Shown here: positions 52,183 to 62,268 of the stretch, in pieces | Layout of the letters: each line of letters starts with the position of its first letter | Numbering within the stretch: position 1 is the first letter of the stretch | Notes under the pieces: generated by a model | Told to the model about the DNA's origin: nothing | Seen by the model: the letters and a program-made list of their open reading frames with translations, nothing else | The model's database searches: none | Origin: Blastocatellia bacterium | GTDB taxonomy: Bacteria; Acidobacteriota; Blastocatellia; RBC074 | Length of the DNA: 64,000 bases | Reading direction: 5' to 3' | NCBI GenBank assembly: GCA_031409955.1 | Contig: JANNYF010000152.1 | Location: 7,070-71,069, forward strand | Program-made: the position numbers and the translations under genes

Positions 52183-52315
52183 GTAGTTCGATTGGTTGAG
52201 CCATCAGCCTTCCGCTGATGGTAAGTCATAGAGATTATCCGAGGCCATTGCTGAGGCACGAAGAAGCAGTGCCGGGCAAAATATCACCCGACGACGCACC
52301 TCACGCCTGACTTCA

Positions 52316-52343
52316 ATATCGGCAGGTTTGTCGGAGAACTTGA
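52316..52343 (-). promoter_or_regulatory. Sigma28 (FliA/SigD)-type promoter upstream of motA
   Basis: Minus strand TCAAG-N15-GCCGATAT. Confidence 0.65.
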
Positions 52344-52387
52344 GGCGACTGACAAGAAAGAGTCATAAAACCACCAGCAGAATGTAA

Positions 52388-52430
52388 CGCCGTCATCGCT
52401 TCCCGGCAGACAGGAAAAGCGATGACGGCG
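52388..52430 (-). terminator. Strong hairpin downstream of flgE (likely terminator)
   Basis: Perfect 14-bp IR CGCCGTCATCGCTT / AAGCGATGACGGCG; only a short T tail on the minus strand. Confidence 0.55.
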
Positions 52431-52497
52431 AGGGGGAGAAGTGAGGCTTAGGGGTTAGGTGTACTGGCAAATGACATTGGATACGGGCCATTGCACC

Positions 52498-52549
52498 TAG
52501 TAGCAAATTTATTTGCTCTGCTGCAAACCAGCGAATGAATTCGCTACTA
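52498..52549. repeat. GTAG-type REP doublet
   Basis: TAGTAGCAAATTTATTTGCT ... AGCGAATGAATTCGCTACTA, inverted with 3 transition mismatches. Confidence 0.65.
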
Positions 52550-52577
52550 CGTGCGTGCTAACCTGATTTGTCAATAC

Positions 52578-52664
52578 AGTTAGGAATTAGGAATTAGGAG
52601 TTAGGATATGTGGCCACGAGCGTGAAAACAAAACCTAAATCCCAGCTCCTAATTCCTAACTCCT
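52578..52664. repeat. Inverted heptamer element (ARTTAGG)4 ... (CCTAAyT)n
   Basis: AGTTAGG AATTAGG AATTAGG AGTTAGG and CCTAAAT CCCAGCT CCTAATT CCTAACT, just after the flgE stop. Confidence 0.85.
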
Positions 52665-52673
52665 GTTCGGTCT

Positions 52674-53945
52674 CTATTGAATCTGGAGCAGGTCTTGCAA
52701 CGTTTGGCTGATCGTGGTGATGACCCGCGAGTTCGCCTGGAATCCACGTTGCGCGACGATCAGGTTCGTAAATTCTGTCGCAATGTCCACGTTGCTTTGC
52801 TCCAGCGAAGCGCCGACAATCGTGCCTCTGCCACCGCTCCCTGGCGTTCCAATCGAAGGCTGCCCGGAAGCAATGGTTTCACCATACATGTTATTGCCCA
52901 AACGTCGCAGGCTGGACTGCGAATTGAACGTGGCGATGCTCATTTGCCCCAGCAAGCGGCGCTGCCCATTGCTGAAGACGGCATAGAGTCCGCCATTTTG
53001 ATCGGGCGATTGCGCCAACCCCACGAGTTCCCCCGCAGCAAAACCATCCTGCTCGGTGGAAGCAACGCTGGAAGGCGAAGCATAGTTGGTGAAATTCGCG
53101 GCCCCGCTACCAACCGGCGGCGCAGGCTGACGCAGGTTGATCGTCACGGAAGGCAACGTCGCGCCATTCAGAACCGCAGCGGGTGCAACCACTGCCAGCG
53201 CAGTGGGAGCCGTCAGCAATCCATCCGAATCGAATGTCACCGCCACCGGAGCCGCACTGGCCGCACCACCATTGACACTGGTGGTGGCCGCAGTGCCATC
53301 CACTTGCGCTTGCATGAGGTATGAACCATCCGCCTGTTTGGTAAAGACTAAATCCATTTTGTGGGCCGCGCCTTTTGAATCATAAACGTTCACCAGCGCG
53401 TGAAAATCTGAGGCCACCGGGTCTTTACTATTCAGATTCATTCGAAAGGTCGCTTCGGACGTAATGACCGGAGCCGCCGTCTCTCCGATAGGCACGTTGA
53501 GCGAAGTTAACGATGCGCCCGATGGAATGACGCCATTGACTGCGGCATAACCTTGCACAGCCTGTCCGCTGGGGCTGACGATATTTCCTGACCTATCTAA
53601 CGCGAAATCTCCGGCGCGCGTGTACGTCAACGCACCCGAAGAATCCGCGACGACAAAGAATCCATTGCCTTCAATCGCTGCATTGGTGGCCGTATCCGTG
53701 AGGTTCAATGTCCCTTGGGCAAAATTCGTCGGCGTCGCCGCCAATCGCACACCTTTCCCAAATTGCAAGGCCGTGCCTGCGCCGTTGAGCCGGATGCCGG
53801 AAGAATTTGTGAAGATATCCGCGAAACTCACTGAGCTGCTCTTGAACCCAACTGTATTGGCATTGGCGATGTTATTGCCGGAAACACTGATTGTTTCGGA
53901 AGCAGCATTTAAGCCCGAAAGAGCGGTCGAAAATGAAAATCCCAT
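52674..53945 (-). CDS. flgE: Flagellar hook protein FlgE
   Basis: GNNIANANTVGFK, YTRAGDF, LEQSNVDIATEFTNLIVAQRGFQAN. Confidence 0.97.
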   Translation of the reverse strand: MGFSFSTALSGLNAASETISVSGNNIANANTVGFKSSSVSFADIFTNSSGIRLNGAGTALQFGKGVRLAATPTNFAQGTLNLTDTATNAAIEGNGFFVVADSSGALTYTRAGDFALDRSGNIVSPSGQAVQGYAAVNGVIPSGASLTSLNVPIGETAAPVITSEATFRMNLNSKDPVASDFHALVNVYDSKGAAHKMDLVFTKQADGSYLMQAQVDGTAATTSVNGGAASAAPVAVTFDSDGLLTAPTALAVVAPAAVLNGATLPSVTINLRQPAPPVGSGAANFTNYASPSSVASTEQDGFAAGELVGLAQSPDQNGGLYAVFSNGQRRLLGQMSIATFNSQSSLRRLGNNMYGETIASGQPSIGTPGSGGRGTIVGASLEQSNVDIATEFTNLIVAQRGFQANSRVITTISQTLQDLLQIQ

Positions 53946-54051
53946 GTTTGTACTCCTTTGTTTGCCAGGAAGCAGGTCTCTTTTGCAACCGAAGCTGACG
54001 CTGCGGTGACAACCAGCGCTTGCGGCGCTCCAACCTTCATCCCGATCTTAG

Positions 54052-54303
54052 TTATTTATTGCCGAGGTCAAGCAATTGGTTCAGTTTACTGTTGATCCCC
54101 GTGAGCTGTTCGAGCGAGCTGAATTGGGCGAGTTGGGTCATATACTGTGTGCCGTCCTGCGGGTTCAAGGGGTCTTGATTCTTCATCTGGGCGACCAGGA
54201 GTTTCAGAAACATTTCCTGATCGGCACCGACTTTGCTGCCCGCTGTGGTAGCGGTGCTGGAAGTGCCGGACGCCGCGTTTTGATTGATGCTATTGATATT
54301 CAT
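54052..54303 (-). CDS. flgD: Flagellar hook capping protein FlgD (short, N-terminal domain only)
   Basis: FLKLLVAQMKNQDPLNP..QLAQFSSLEQL; SD GGAGG. Confidence 0.92.
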   Translation of the reverse strand: MNINSINQNAASGTSSTATTAGSKVGADQEMFLKLLVAQMKNQDPLNPQDGTQYMTQLAQFSSLEQLTGINSKLNQLLDLGNK

Positions 54304-54333
54304 AAATTCCTCCGCAAAGGTTGCTGATGGCTC

Positions 54334-56478
54334 TCAAGCATGCAGGCTCAAGAGTTTGTTTTCTGAAACTGGAGTCGTGCCGTCCGCGACCATTTGATCG
54401 GTGGGCAAAGAATCCGCATTCGGGCCATGAGGTTGTGAGGCCTGTTGCTGACCGGCCTGCTGACCGGCTGGCTGACCAAATTGTTGTGCTGTCTGACTCT
54501 GAACTTGAGTCGTAATTTGTAATTGTTCGACCACCAATCCCGCGCGTTCCAAACTCTCGCGCAACTGTCCGATGCCGTGCGTCAGGGCTTGCGCGGTGTC
54601 GGCCTGCTCAACCGTCAGCGACGCGCTCACGCGACCATCCGCAGCCCGCGTCACTTCAACTTCCACGCGTCCCAACTCCACCGGATTCAAACTGAAGCGG
54701 AGCGTGCGCGTTTCGTTGGGGGGAATGGATTGCGCCAATTCAAGCACCGGTTGCATTGTTTGAGCGATGGCTGGTGCTGGCGTAGTGTTTGCCACATTGA
54801 CAGCAGGCGGCGACGCGTTGACAGACGGGCTGGCAGGCATAGTTTGCCCCGTTGTCACGGCCTCGACACCTTCCACCATGAAGTCCTTGCGCCCAATCAA
54901 TTCAAGCGGTAAGGATGGCGGTGGCAAAGCAGCTTCTGCCCGGTTAGCAACGACACGTGGTGCGTTATCAAAAGCAGGCGGCAGCGATTCTCCTGAACCC
55001 GAAGCGAGCGGCGCGCGCGCAGTGGTTGCGACCTTCCCGACGTTTTCAACCTTTTCGACAGCGGGCAACGGTGTCTGCGCCTGACTCACAAGCTTGTGTT
55101 GGGGCGCGCGCAGTGACGCTGGCAACGTTTGCGGCGCAGCTTCGATGACGACATCATTTACGGGCGCAAAGAACGAGGGTTGCCCGCTCGCCACAGGGGT
55201 TGACGCAACTGACGCAGGAACCACTGTGGTATTCGGCGCAGGCATATCTTTCATTGCCACGGTTGGCAACGATTCGATGTGGCGCGCCTGTTCTGCCACA
55301 ATCGTTTTCACGACTGCTGCCGCAAGTTTCACCACCTCGGTCACGCTTGGTAGTCGCTCTCCAAACGTCGAAGACAACACTTTCGGAGCGGAGCTGACGG
55401 GTTGAGCCGAGGCAAGGATTGCAGGCCGGATGTCAGCCTTCATCTCGAATTTCGGCGCGTTTGTCAGCGGCTCTGGCAAGGGGTCGCTCGTTGCCGATGG
55501 TTGCGTTGATGTCAGGGTTCTATTCTCGATTTTTATATCTGTTTCGACAGGCGGGAGAGAAAAATCTTGCGGTACCAACTGCGCTGATGATGCAGACAAT
55601 CGTTCATCCTTCGGCGCAGAAGTCATCACGCGTTGCGATGTGAGCGGAGGCAATGCTTCATTGCGCGCAATTGGAATTTCAACGGACGGAGAAAGTGACG
55701 AAGGCTCGCTGCTTAGTGGGATGTCGCGCGCGGGCAAAAGATCACGCTCCGCCATCGCTGGGAGCGCAGGCGTCGAGCCGCTGCTGGCGAATTCGGAAGC
55801 GGGCGAAAGTGGTTCGATAAACTTCAGTTTGTCATGAGTTTTCGGCCCGCTCTCCTGATTAACCGTTTCGACAAACGGAAGTTTATCGAACCTGGGTGGA
55901 GTCGCCAGCGGTGGAGTCTTGTCAGCTCGTGCTGGCGCAACAAATTCGCTGTGCGGGGAATCTACGAAAGGTGAAACAGGCGTCATCCTGTTGTTATCTT
56001 TGGTGGTCGCTAACGGACTGACATTTGTTTCACTGGTTGGCTCGCTCTTGCTTGAAACCGCTAACGGACTGATGTCCATTCTACTTTTTGTTTCGCGCTG
56101 GTTCGCAGTTTCTAACGGACTGATGTCTGTCCTACCGTCATCGCTCGTCAATTCAGGGGACGAAGTTATCGGGACATCGGGTGTCATGACGGTTGTCGGT
56201 GGCGCAACACCCGTTGCAGCAACGGTCGCTCGCAACTCCGCTGGCAGCGTGAAGGCAGCGGCGACGGGTCTCGCTTCCATCGTTTGCACTACCCGTTCGG
56301 TAGCGGTTGACGGCACGAAGGTTGGCGTGGCAACTGCGAGTGGTGCGGGGTAGGACGCCGCCAGCAAGGCCGCGAAATCCTGCGGTGCCTGATCCGTTGC
56401 TTCTGGCTCTGCCGCCGCGTCATTTGCCGTTGTGGCGGTCGGCACGAACCAGTCTGCAAAGTTGGAGATTCCCATCAT
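54334..56478 (-). CDS. fliK: Flagellar hook-length control protein FliK
   Basis: Long P/A/T/S-rich disordered region and C-terminal LNPVELGRVEV..LRESLERAGL; located between fliJ and flgD. Confidence 0.9.
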   Translation of the reverse strand: MMGISNFADWFVPTATTANDAAAEPEATDQAPQDFAALLAASYPAPLAVATPTFVPSTATERVVQTMEARPVAAAFTLPAELRATVAATGVAPPTTVMTPDVPITSSPELTSDDGRTDISPLETANQRETKSRMDISPLAVSSKSEPTSETNVSPLATTKDNNRMTPVSPFVDSPHSEFVAPARADKTPPLATPPRFDKLPFVETVNQESGPKTHDKLKFIEPLSPASEFASSGSTPALPAMAERDLLPARDIPLSSEPSSLSPSVEIPIARNEALPPLTSQRVMTSAPKDERLSASSAQLVPQDFSLPPVETDIKIENRTLTSTQPSATSDPLPEPLTNAPKFEMKADIRPAILASAQPVSSAPKVLSSTFGERLPSVTEVVKLAAAVVKTIVAEQARHIESLPTVAMKDMPAPNTTVVPASVASTPVASGQPSFFAPVNDVVIEAAPQTLPASLRAPQHKLVSQAQTPLPAVEKVENVGKVATTARAPLASGSGESLPPAFDNAPRVVANRAEAALPPPSLPLELIGRKDFMVEGVEAVTTGQTMPASPSVNASPPAVNVANTTPAPAIAQTMQPVLELAQSIPPNETRTLRFSLNPVELGRVEVEVTRAADGRVSASLTVEQADTAQALTHGIGQLRESLERAGLVVEQLQITTQVQSQTAQQFGQPAGQQAGQQQASQPHGPNADSLPTDQMVADGTTPVSENKLLSLHA

Positions 56479-56933
56479 GATGCTCCTCGCATGCGACGTA
56501 CCGTAGCAATCGTCGCCAATTCATCCATCAAATTCTGATCTTCGCGCGCCAGCTCCGCCACATAGCGGACATAGTATTGTTCGCGCAATTTTGCCGTCGC
56601 TTCCGCTGCTGCTGACGCTTTGACAAGCTCGTGCAATTTTGTTTCGCGGTGGCGCTCGCACGCCGCGTGATGCGCGCGCGCGGCGGCCAATCGGTGGTCC
56701 AACGTGGCAATGTATTCCGTGTGCATTTTGGCTTCGTGCGCGTTTGGTGCTTTGGTCTGCAAGTTGGCAGCGAACGCAGTGATGGCTTGATTGATCGTGT
56801 CACGCAACGCTTCCAGATGGGCGGCGGCGGCGGTGACTTCGACGGCGGCTTGTGCCAAAGCACGTTCGGCGTTTTCGCGTTCCTGTTCGCGCAAATCGTG
56901 GAGCGTTTGCAATGAAAACTTGAAGCGTTTCAT
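56475..56933 (-). CDS. fliJ: Flagellar export protein FliJ
   Basis: MKRFKFSLQTLHDLREQERE coiled coil, DQNLMDELA; follows fliI. Confidence 0.88.
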   Translation of the reverse strand: MKRFKFSLQTLHDLREQERENAERALAQAAVEVTAAAAHLEALRDTINQAITAFAANLQTKAPNAHEAKMHTEYIATLDHRLAAARAHHAACERHRETKLHELVKASAAAEATAKLREQYYVRYVAELAREDQNLMDELATIATVRRMRGAS

Positions 56934-58306
56934 GCGTTACCCTCCCGCGCACCAACGGTCATCAAGTGTGAAACCGCGTCCGCAATCGTGACGGCATCCT
57001 CCCGCTCCTGTCGCAAGTAGCCGATCATTTGGTCGTAGCGCGCGATGGCTTCGTCCACGCGTCGGTTGCTGCCGGATTGATACGCGCCAATGTTAATAAG
57101 GTCTTCGGCCTTTTCGTAGGCCGCCAACAGCTCGCGCAAATGCCCGGCAGCCGCGCGATGTTCTTTGGTTGTGACTTCAGAAAACAACCGCGAATTGCTG
57201 TGCAGAATATCAATGCATGGATAGTGATTGCGGGCCGCCAATGCGCGCGAAAGCATAATGTGTCCGTCCAGAATCGAGCGCACAGAATCGGCGATGGGTT
57301 CGTTCATATCGTCACCTTCGACCAGCACCGTGTAAAAGCCGGTGATCGAGCCGCCCGCTGAGAAATTGCCCGCGCGTTCGAGCAGACGCGGTAACAACGC
57401 AAACACCGAGGGCGTGTAGCCGCGCGACGAAGGCGGTTCGCCTGCTGCCAAACCAATCTCGCGCTGCGCCATCGCAAAGCGCGTCACCGAATCCATAATC
57501 AACAACACGTTCGCGCCCTGGTCTTTGAAGTATTCCGCCATCGCTGTCGCCGCCATTGCCGCACGAATGCGCACCAGCGGCGCATCATCTGAAGTCGAAA
57601 CAACCAGCACGGAACGCTTCATGCCTTCTTCGCCGAGTTCGCGTTCGATGAAGCCCCGAACCTCGCGGCCTCGTTCACCGATCAACGCGATCACGTTCAA
57701 ATCCGCCGCCGTGTTTTTCGCCATCATGCCGAGCAACGTGGATTTGCCGACGCCGGAACCACCGAAGATGCCGATGCGCTGTCCGACGCCTACGGTCAGC
57801 AGCCCGTCAATTGAGCGCACGCCCGTGCCGAGTGGTTCGCTGATGTTGGCGCGCGCCAGTGGGTTGGTGGAATCGCGATGCAGCGGGTAATGATCTTTGG
57901 CTTCAATCGGGCCGCGGTCATCCAATGGCCTGCCCATCGCATCAATCACGCGACCTAAAAACCGCTCGCCGACGGGAACGCTGGCGGACGTACCTGCGGC
58001 AATAACTGAATCGCCTGCGCGCACGCGTGGCATTCGTCCCAGCGGCATCAACAACACGGTTTCATCGCGGAAGCCAATGACTTCAAGCTCTGCATCCGGC
58101 TCGCCCTCCTGCCCTTTGAGCAAACACATATCGCCGACCGACACGGCAGGCCCGTTGGATTCGACGACCAGGCCAACGGCGCGCGAAATAATGCCGGACG
58201 AGGTCATCGGCTGCATAGCGTTGAGCCGCTTGAAATACGGTGACAGCAGCGACGACGCGTCGGCCTGTGCATATTGCTCAATGGTGTGTTGTCTGATCCA
58301 GCCCAT
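56930..58306 (-). CDS. fliI: Flagellum-specific ATPase FliI
   Basis: GGSGVGKS, ALIGERGREV, MDSVTRFAMAQRE, LLERAG, GAYQSG. Confidence 0.96.
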   Translation of the reverse strand: MGWIRQHTIEQYAQADASSLLSPYFKRLNAMQPMTSSGIISRAVGLVVESNGPAVSVGDMCLLKGQEGEPDAELEVIGFRDETVLLMPLGRMPRVRAGDSVIAAGTSASVPVGERFLGRVIDAMGRPLDDRGPIEAKDHYPLHRDSTNPLARANISEPLGTGVRSIDGLLTVGVGQRIGIFGGSGVGKSTLLGMMAKNTAADLNVIALIGERGREVRGFIERELGEEGMKRSVLVVSTSDDAPLVRIRAAMAATAMAEYFKDQGANVLLIMDSVTRFAMAQREIGLAAGEPPSSRGYTPSVFALLPRLLERAGNFSAGGSITGFYTVLVEGDDMNEPIADSVRSILDGHIMLSRALAARNHYPCIDILHSNSRLFSEVTTKEHRAAAGHLRELLAAYEKAEDLINIGAYQSGSNRRVDEAIARYDQMIGYLRQEREDAVTIADAVSHLMTVGAREGNA

Positions 58307-58327
58307 TGTTATTCCTTATTAGTTGAA

Positions 58328-58432
58328 CCACGGGGAACACGGGGGCACGGGGAGGAAGGAGAGTTGGTAATACGAAGAAACGGCTGGCACGGATTTGCCG
58401 TGTCACCGCGTCTCTCCCCGTGTTCCCCGTGG
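58328..58432. repeat. Inverted repeat element (CACGGGGRA)n between fliH and fliI
   Basis: CCACGGGGAACACGGGG ... CCCCGTGTTCCCCGTGG with an inner GGCACGG/CCGTGTC hairpin. Confidence 0.8.
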
Positions 58433-58460
58433 TAAAACAGTCTACTCAATCCCTACTCCT

Positions 58461-59183
58461 TCATTGAAAAAAGCCGCGCTCAATGCTGGCAAATTGTTGT
58501 TCGATGCGGGCGTCAATGTCGCCATGTTCGCTTTGAATAATGCAGCCGCCGCGCCCGACGGAGGCGTCCGCCACAAATTCCAAAGCGCTGGTGTTGCTCA
58601 ATTCGTGACGACGTGCGGTGACGTATTCAAAGTCTTCGGGATGCAGCAACACCTTGGCGACTGCCCGTGGATGTAAGCGTTCGAGTGCCACGCGCGCCAA
58701 CGTCAACACGATGTCTGAATCAGTGGTCACTTCCCGATGCACAACTTTGCGCGCCACCTCCAACGCGAGTTTTACCAGATCGCGTTCCGCTCGCGCCGCA
58801 ATCAATGCGTAGAGAGGTTCCAGTTCGGACAGAGTGTGCGAGAGTTTTTCGCGCAGGTCTTCGGCGGCAGTGTTCACGTCTTCCGCCACTTTGGCACGCG
58901 CGGCGGCAAACCCTGTTTCATACGCGTCGCTCTCAATTTGAGAGACGCGTGCCTGCGCCTCGGCCAGCAAGGCATTCGCTTTCGCCTCTGCCGTTGCGAT
59001 GAGTTCGCGCGCTTGTCGTTCGACCTCCTCCAGGCGGAACTGCGGCGCGTGCATTTCTGCGGTGGACGGACTTTCAGCGCTCTCCCAAAATCCTTCGGCG
59101 ACCGATCCCGCTTGACGGGGAATAGTGAAGGGCGCAAAAGCCACGCCAACTGGTGGCCCGGCCTTGAATAACCTAGCTGACAT
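58461..59183 (-). CDS. fliH: Flagellar assembly protein FliH
   Basis: AYETGFAAA (AxxxG) repeat, LALEVARKVV, GGCIIQSEHGDIDARI; located between fliG and fliI. Confidence 0.92.
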   Translation of the reverse strand: MSARLFKAGPPVGVAFAPFTIPRQAGSVAEGFWESAESPSTAEMHAPQFRLEEVERQARELIATAEAKANALLAEAQARVSQIESDAYETGFAAARAKVAEDVNTAAEDLREKLSHTLSELEPLYALIAARAERDLVKLALEVARKVVHREVTTDSDIVLTLARVALERLHPRAVAKVLLHPEDFEYVTARRHELSNTSALEFVADASVGRGGCIIQSEHGDIDARIEQQFASIERGFFQ

Positions 59184-60291
59184 AGCCATCCTCTCCGCCT
59201 TCGCCGCCGCCGAGGTTGATGATGCCCTGCTCTTCGAGTTCGCGCATAACGTCCACGACTTCGCGTTGCGCTCCGGTAACATCTTTGATTTTGACCTGTC
59301 CCATGAAATCCATTTCTTCCTTCATCATCTCGACCGCGCGCGAGGACATATTCGAGAAAAAGCGGCTTTGCAATTCGGGGGTCGTGCCCTTGAGTGCAAG
59401 CGCCAGCACCTTCTTGTCCACGCGTTGCAGCATTTCACGAATGCCGAGATCGTCCACCAGCAACAGATCATCAAAGGTCATCATCAAGTTGCGAATTGCC
59501 AGCGCGAGATCGGGATTGCCGGCTTCAATTTCTTCCAGCATTTTCTGCGCGACATCGCGTTCGAGTCGGTTGCAGATTTCCGCCACGGGACGCACGCCGC
59601 CGACCGCCTGGCGATTGTCGCTGCCGATGGCTTTGAGCTTGTGATCCAGCACGACCGAAATCTGGCGAATGACATCCTGCGAAATGGATTGCAGGCTCGC
59701 CATGCGCAATGCAATGTCAGCGCGTTGGGCTTCCGGCAAACAACGCAATGTGGCCGCCGCCGTCTGTGGTTCGAGATGCGCTAAAACCAGGGCGATGGTT
59801 TGCGGATGTTCGTTCTGAAACAGCTTCGAGAGTTGCTGCGGATCAATCTTTTGCAAGGCGTCGAAGCCAACTGTAGATTCGAGCGAGCGCGTGATGCGAT
59901 CCAGCAAGCGGCGCGCGGTTTCCGGCCCATACGCTTTGGTGATGAGGCGCTTCGCATAATCAATGCCACCCGTCACCACGTAGTTGCGCGCGGTCAGCAA
60001 TTGCTCGAACTCCTGCAAAATTTCGTTGGCAACGTCGGCGGGGATTTGTTGGAGCGAAGCTAATTCGCGCGAGATGGCTTGCACTTCATCTTCTTCCAAA
60101 AAGCGGAAGACTTCGCTAATCGCATCGTCATCCAATGACGCACACAGAATGGCGGCCTTGCGCGTACCCGCCAACGTCTCCGTCATGCGGCGCATAGTAT
60201 TGCCCGCCTGCGCTATCGGCAGAGAAGAAGGGCGCTCATCTTCATCTTCGAGCGCTTCGAGCATTTGTGCGGCGGTTGCGGCTTCAGCCAT
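59173..60291 (-). CDS. fliG: Flagellar motor switch protein FliG
   Basis: KAAIL, GGIDYAK, EHPQTIALVL, GGVRPVAEI, MFTF-like MMTFDDL, ALALKG. Confidence 0.96.
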   Translation of the reverse strand: MAEAATAAQMLEALEDEDERPSSLPIAQAGNTMRRMTETLAGTRKAAILCASLDDDAISEVFRFLEEDEVQAISRELASLQQIPADVANEILQEFEQLLTARNYVVTGGIDYAKRLITKAYGPETARRLLDRITRSLESTVGFDALQKIDPQQLSKLFQNEHPQTIALVLAHLEPQTAAATLRCLPEAQRADIALRMASLQSISQDVIRQISVVLDHKLKAIGSDNRQAVGGVRPVAEICNRLERDVAQKMLEEIEAGNPDLALAIRNLMMTFDDLLLVDDLGIREMLQRVDKKVLALALKGTTPELQSRFFSNMSSRAVEMMKEEMDFMGQVKIKDVTGAQREVVDVMRELEEQGIINLGGGEGGEDGYVS

Positions 60292-60305
60292 AGTCAGTTC
60301 CTCTA

Positions 60306-60404
60306 AAAAAGGCAAAGGCAAAGATTGACTCTCAATTGATCTGAAATTTGAAATTTGAAATTTGAGATGACAATGATTTTTCCGAATCCCACTTTTGCCT
60401 TTTG
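60306..60404. repeat. Nested repeat element between fliF and fliG
   Basis: Outer AAAAGGCAAAG / CTTTTGCCTTTT IR enclosing (GAAATTT)3. Confidence 0.75.
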
Positions 60405-60411
60405 ATTTTTT

Positions 60412-62256
60412 TTAGCTCCTTGTTTCGTGCAGCCACGTGCGCAAAGTCATTGCCACAAGCTCGGGTTCCTGGCGGCTGCGTTCGGTTAATCGTTCGCGCA
60501 AAATCAGCGGCGAAGATAACTCGACTTCGATTGCGCTGGCCATTGCGCCGGACGCTATGCCGCCGGGCTTCGCGCTTGTGGCGAATTCCTGCGGCGCATT
60601 CATTTCGGCCTCTAATTCGGCGACGGTGCGCGGCGTAGTGTCACTCAACAACTGCGCGACGGTGGTGGCTTCGGACGAGGGCGCGGCAAGCTGGTTCTCA
60701 CGTTTTTCTTCGATCCGCGCATTGCCCGTTCCGACGGTACCCGCCGTGTCTGCGGTTGCGCCCACCTCTGCTGCCGCCAACAATTTAGGCTCGGCTGCGC
60801 CCGATGCCTTCAGCGCTTTTTGCGCGGGACGAACAACGAAGAAAATTAATAACAACGCGGCCAGCACGAGCGAGCCGTATTTGATTCCGGTCAGCACCAT
60901 GTCGCGATACCGATCCAACCAGGATGGCTTGCTCGCTTCGTCGTCCATTTTGTTGAAGGGGAACGATTCGACGACCACTTGATCGCCGCGTTTGGTATCA
61001 ATACCAATGGCCGCCGCCACCAAATCCTGAATCCGCTTCAGCTCTTCAGGGGCCCGCGCAACGGACGCGCCGTTCACCGCTTTGTGATCTATCAACACCG
61101 AAGCAGACAGCCGCGTGACGCGCCCCAGGCCGCCAATCGTGCGGCGAATGGTCTTGTCAATTTCGTAATTGAGGGTTGAGGCGTTGCGCTGATCGGGAGC
61201 CATCTGCGGCGGCATTGCAGGCGTGGGCTGTGGTGTCGCTTGCGACTGTCCATTGGCAGGCGGCGTGGGCGTGGGCGTGGGTATCGGAGTAGGCGGCGGT
61301 ACCCGATTGTTAGGATCATTGCCGCGCGTGCCGACAACGCCGCTGATCGCCGGGCCGGGCGTGCGATATTCGGCGGAGCTTTGTTGCGAACGAATGACGG
61401 CAGATTGGGGGTCGTATTTTTCTTCGGTTTGCTCAACCTGGCTGAAGTCCACGTCTGCTGCAACATCAGCCTGCACGTGACCTTTGCCGACCACTGGTTC
61501 CAGCAAGGCAATGATGCGCGCGGCGGTTTCAGTTTCCAGCTTCTGCCGCGTTTCCAGATGTGAATTGAAGATATTTGCGCCGCCGGCTGCCGCCCCGTTG
61601 CGACCGGGCGCAGACAACAATCGCCCCCGATTGTCCATCACGGTGACATCTGCCGGATCAAGCCCTTCTGCCGAGGAAGCGACCAGATTGACAATCGCAT
61701 CCGTGCGTTCGCGCGCCAGTTCGCGGGATTGCCGCATGCGCAAAACGACGGAGGCTTTTCCCTTTTCTTTCTTTTCGGCAAAGACTGATTCGCGTGATGG
61801 TGTGATGTGAACGCGCGCGGTTTCGACTTCGTCCAGGCCTTCCAACGTGCGAGCGAGTTCGCCTTCGAGCGCGCGTTGGTAATTCACTTTTTGCGAGAAA
61901 TCCGTCGCGCCGAAATTGGCACGATCAAAAATATCGAAGCCCACATGACCGCCTGTCAACGTATTGGACGCCATTTGCAACCGCAGTTCCGGCACGCGCT
62001 CCGACGGCACACTGATCGTGCTGCCATTCGCGGAAAGGCGATAGGGAACATTGGACGCTTTCAGTTGTTCGATGATCGCTTGTGCGTCCGTGCCTTTAAG
62101 GTCAGAAAACAGCACGCCATATTCGGTTTGCGAACCGAAATAGGCCAGCGTGACCAACAACCCCAAGGTGCCGACCACAGAGCCGCCGACAGCCAACCGC
62201 TGCCGCAGCGTGAGCCGGTTCCACTGAGCAATCCATTGCGAGAGAAATTCAGGCAT
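60412..62256 (-). CDS. fliF: Flagellar MS-ring protein FliF
   Basis: YGVLFSDL, HVGFDIFD, YQRALEGELART, ARVHI, KASVVL, RLSASVLI. Confidence 0.97.
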   Translation of the reverse strand: MPEFLSQWIAQWNRLTLRQRLAVGGSVVGTLGLLVTLAYFGSQTEYGVLFSDLKGTDAQAIIEQLKASNVPYRLSANGSTISVPSERVPELRLQMASNTLTGGHVGFDIFDRANFGATDFSQKVNYQRALEGELARTLEGLDEVETARVHITPSRESVFAEKKEKGKASVVLRMRQSRELARERTDAIVNLVASSAEGLDPADVTVMDNRGRLLSAPGRNGAAAGGANIFNSHLETRQKLETETAARIIALLEPVVGKGHVQADVAADVDFSQVEQTEEKYDPQSAVIRSQQSSAEYRTPGPAISGVVGTRGNDPNNRVPPPTPIPTPTPTPPANGQSQATPQPTPAMPPQMAPDQRNASTLNYEIDKTIRRTIGGLGRVTRLSASVLIDHKAVNGASVARAPEELKRIQDLVAAAIGIDTKRGDQVVVESFPFNKMDDEASKPSWLDRYRDMVLTGIKYGSLVLAALLLIFFVVRPAQKALKASGAAEPKLLAAAEVGATADTAGTVGTGNARIEEKRENQLAAPSSEATTVAQLLSDTTPRTVAELEAEMNAPQEFATSAKPGGIASGAMASAIEVELSSPLILRERLTERSRQEPELVAMTLRTWLHETRS

Positions 62257-62268
62257 TCGGGTCTAAAA

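Noticed and set aside
56930-58306. F1-ATPase beta subunit
   Set aside because: Context between fliH and fliJ and the motifs fit FliI.
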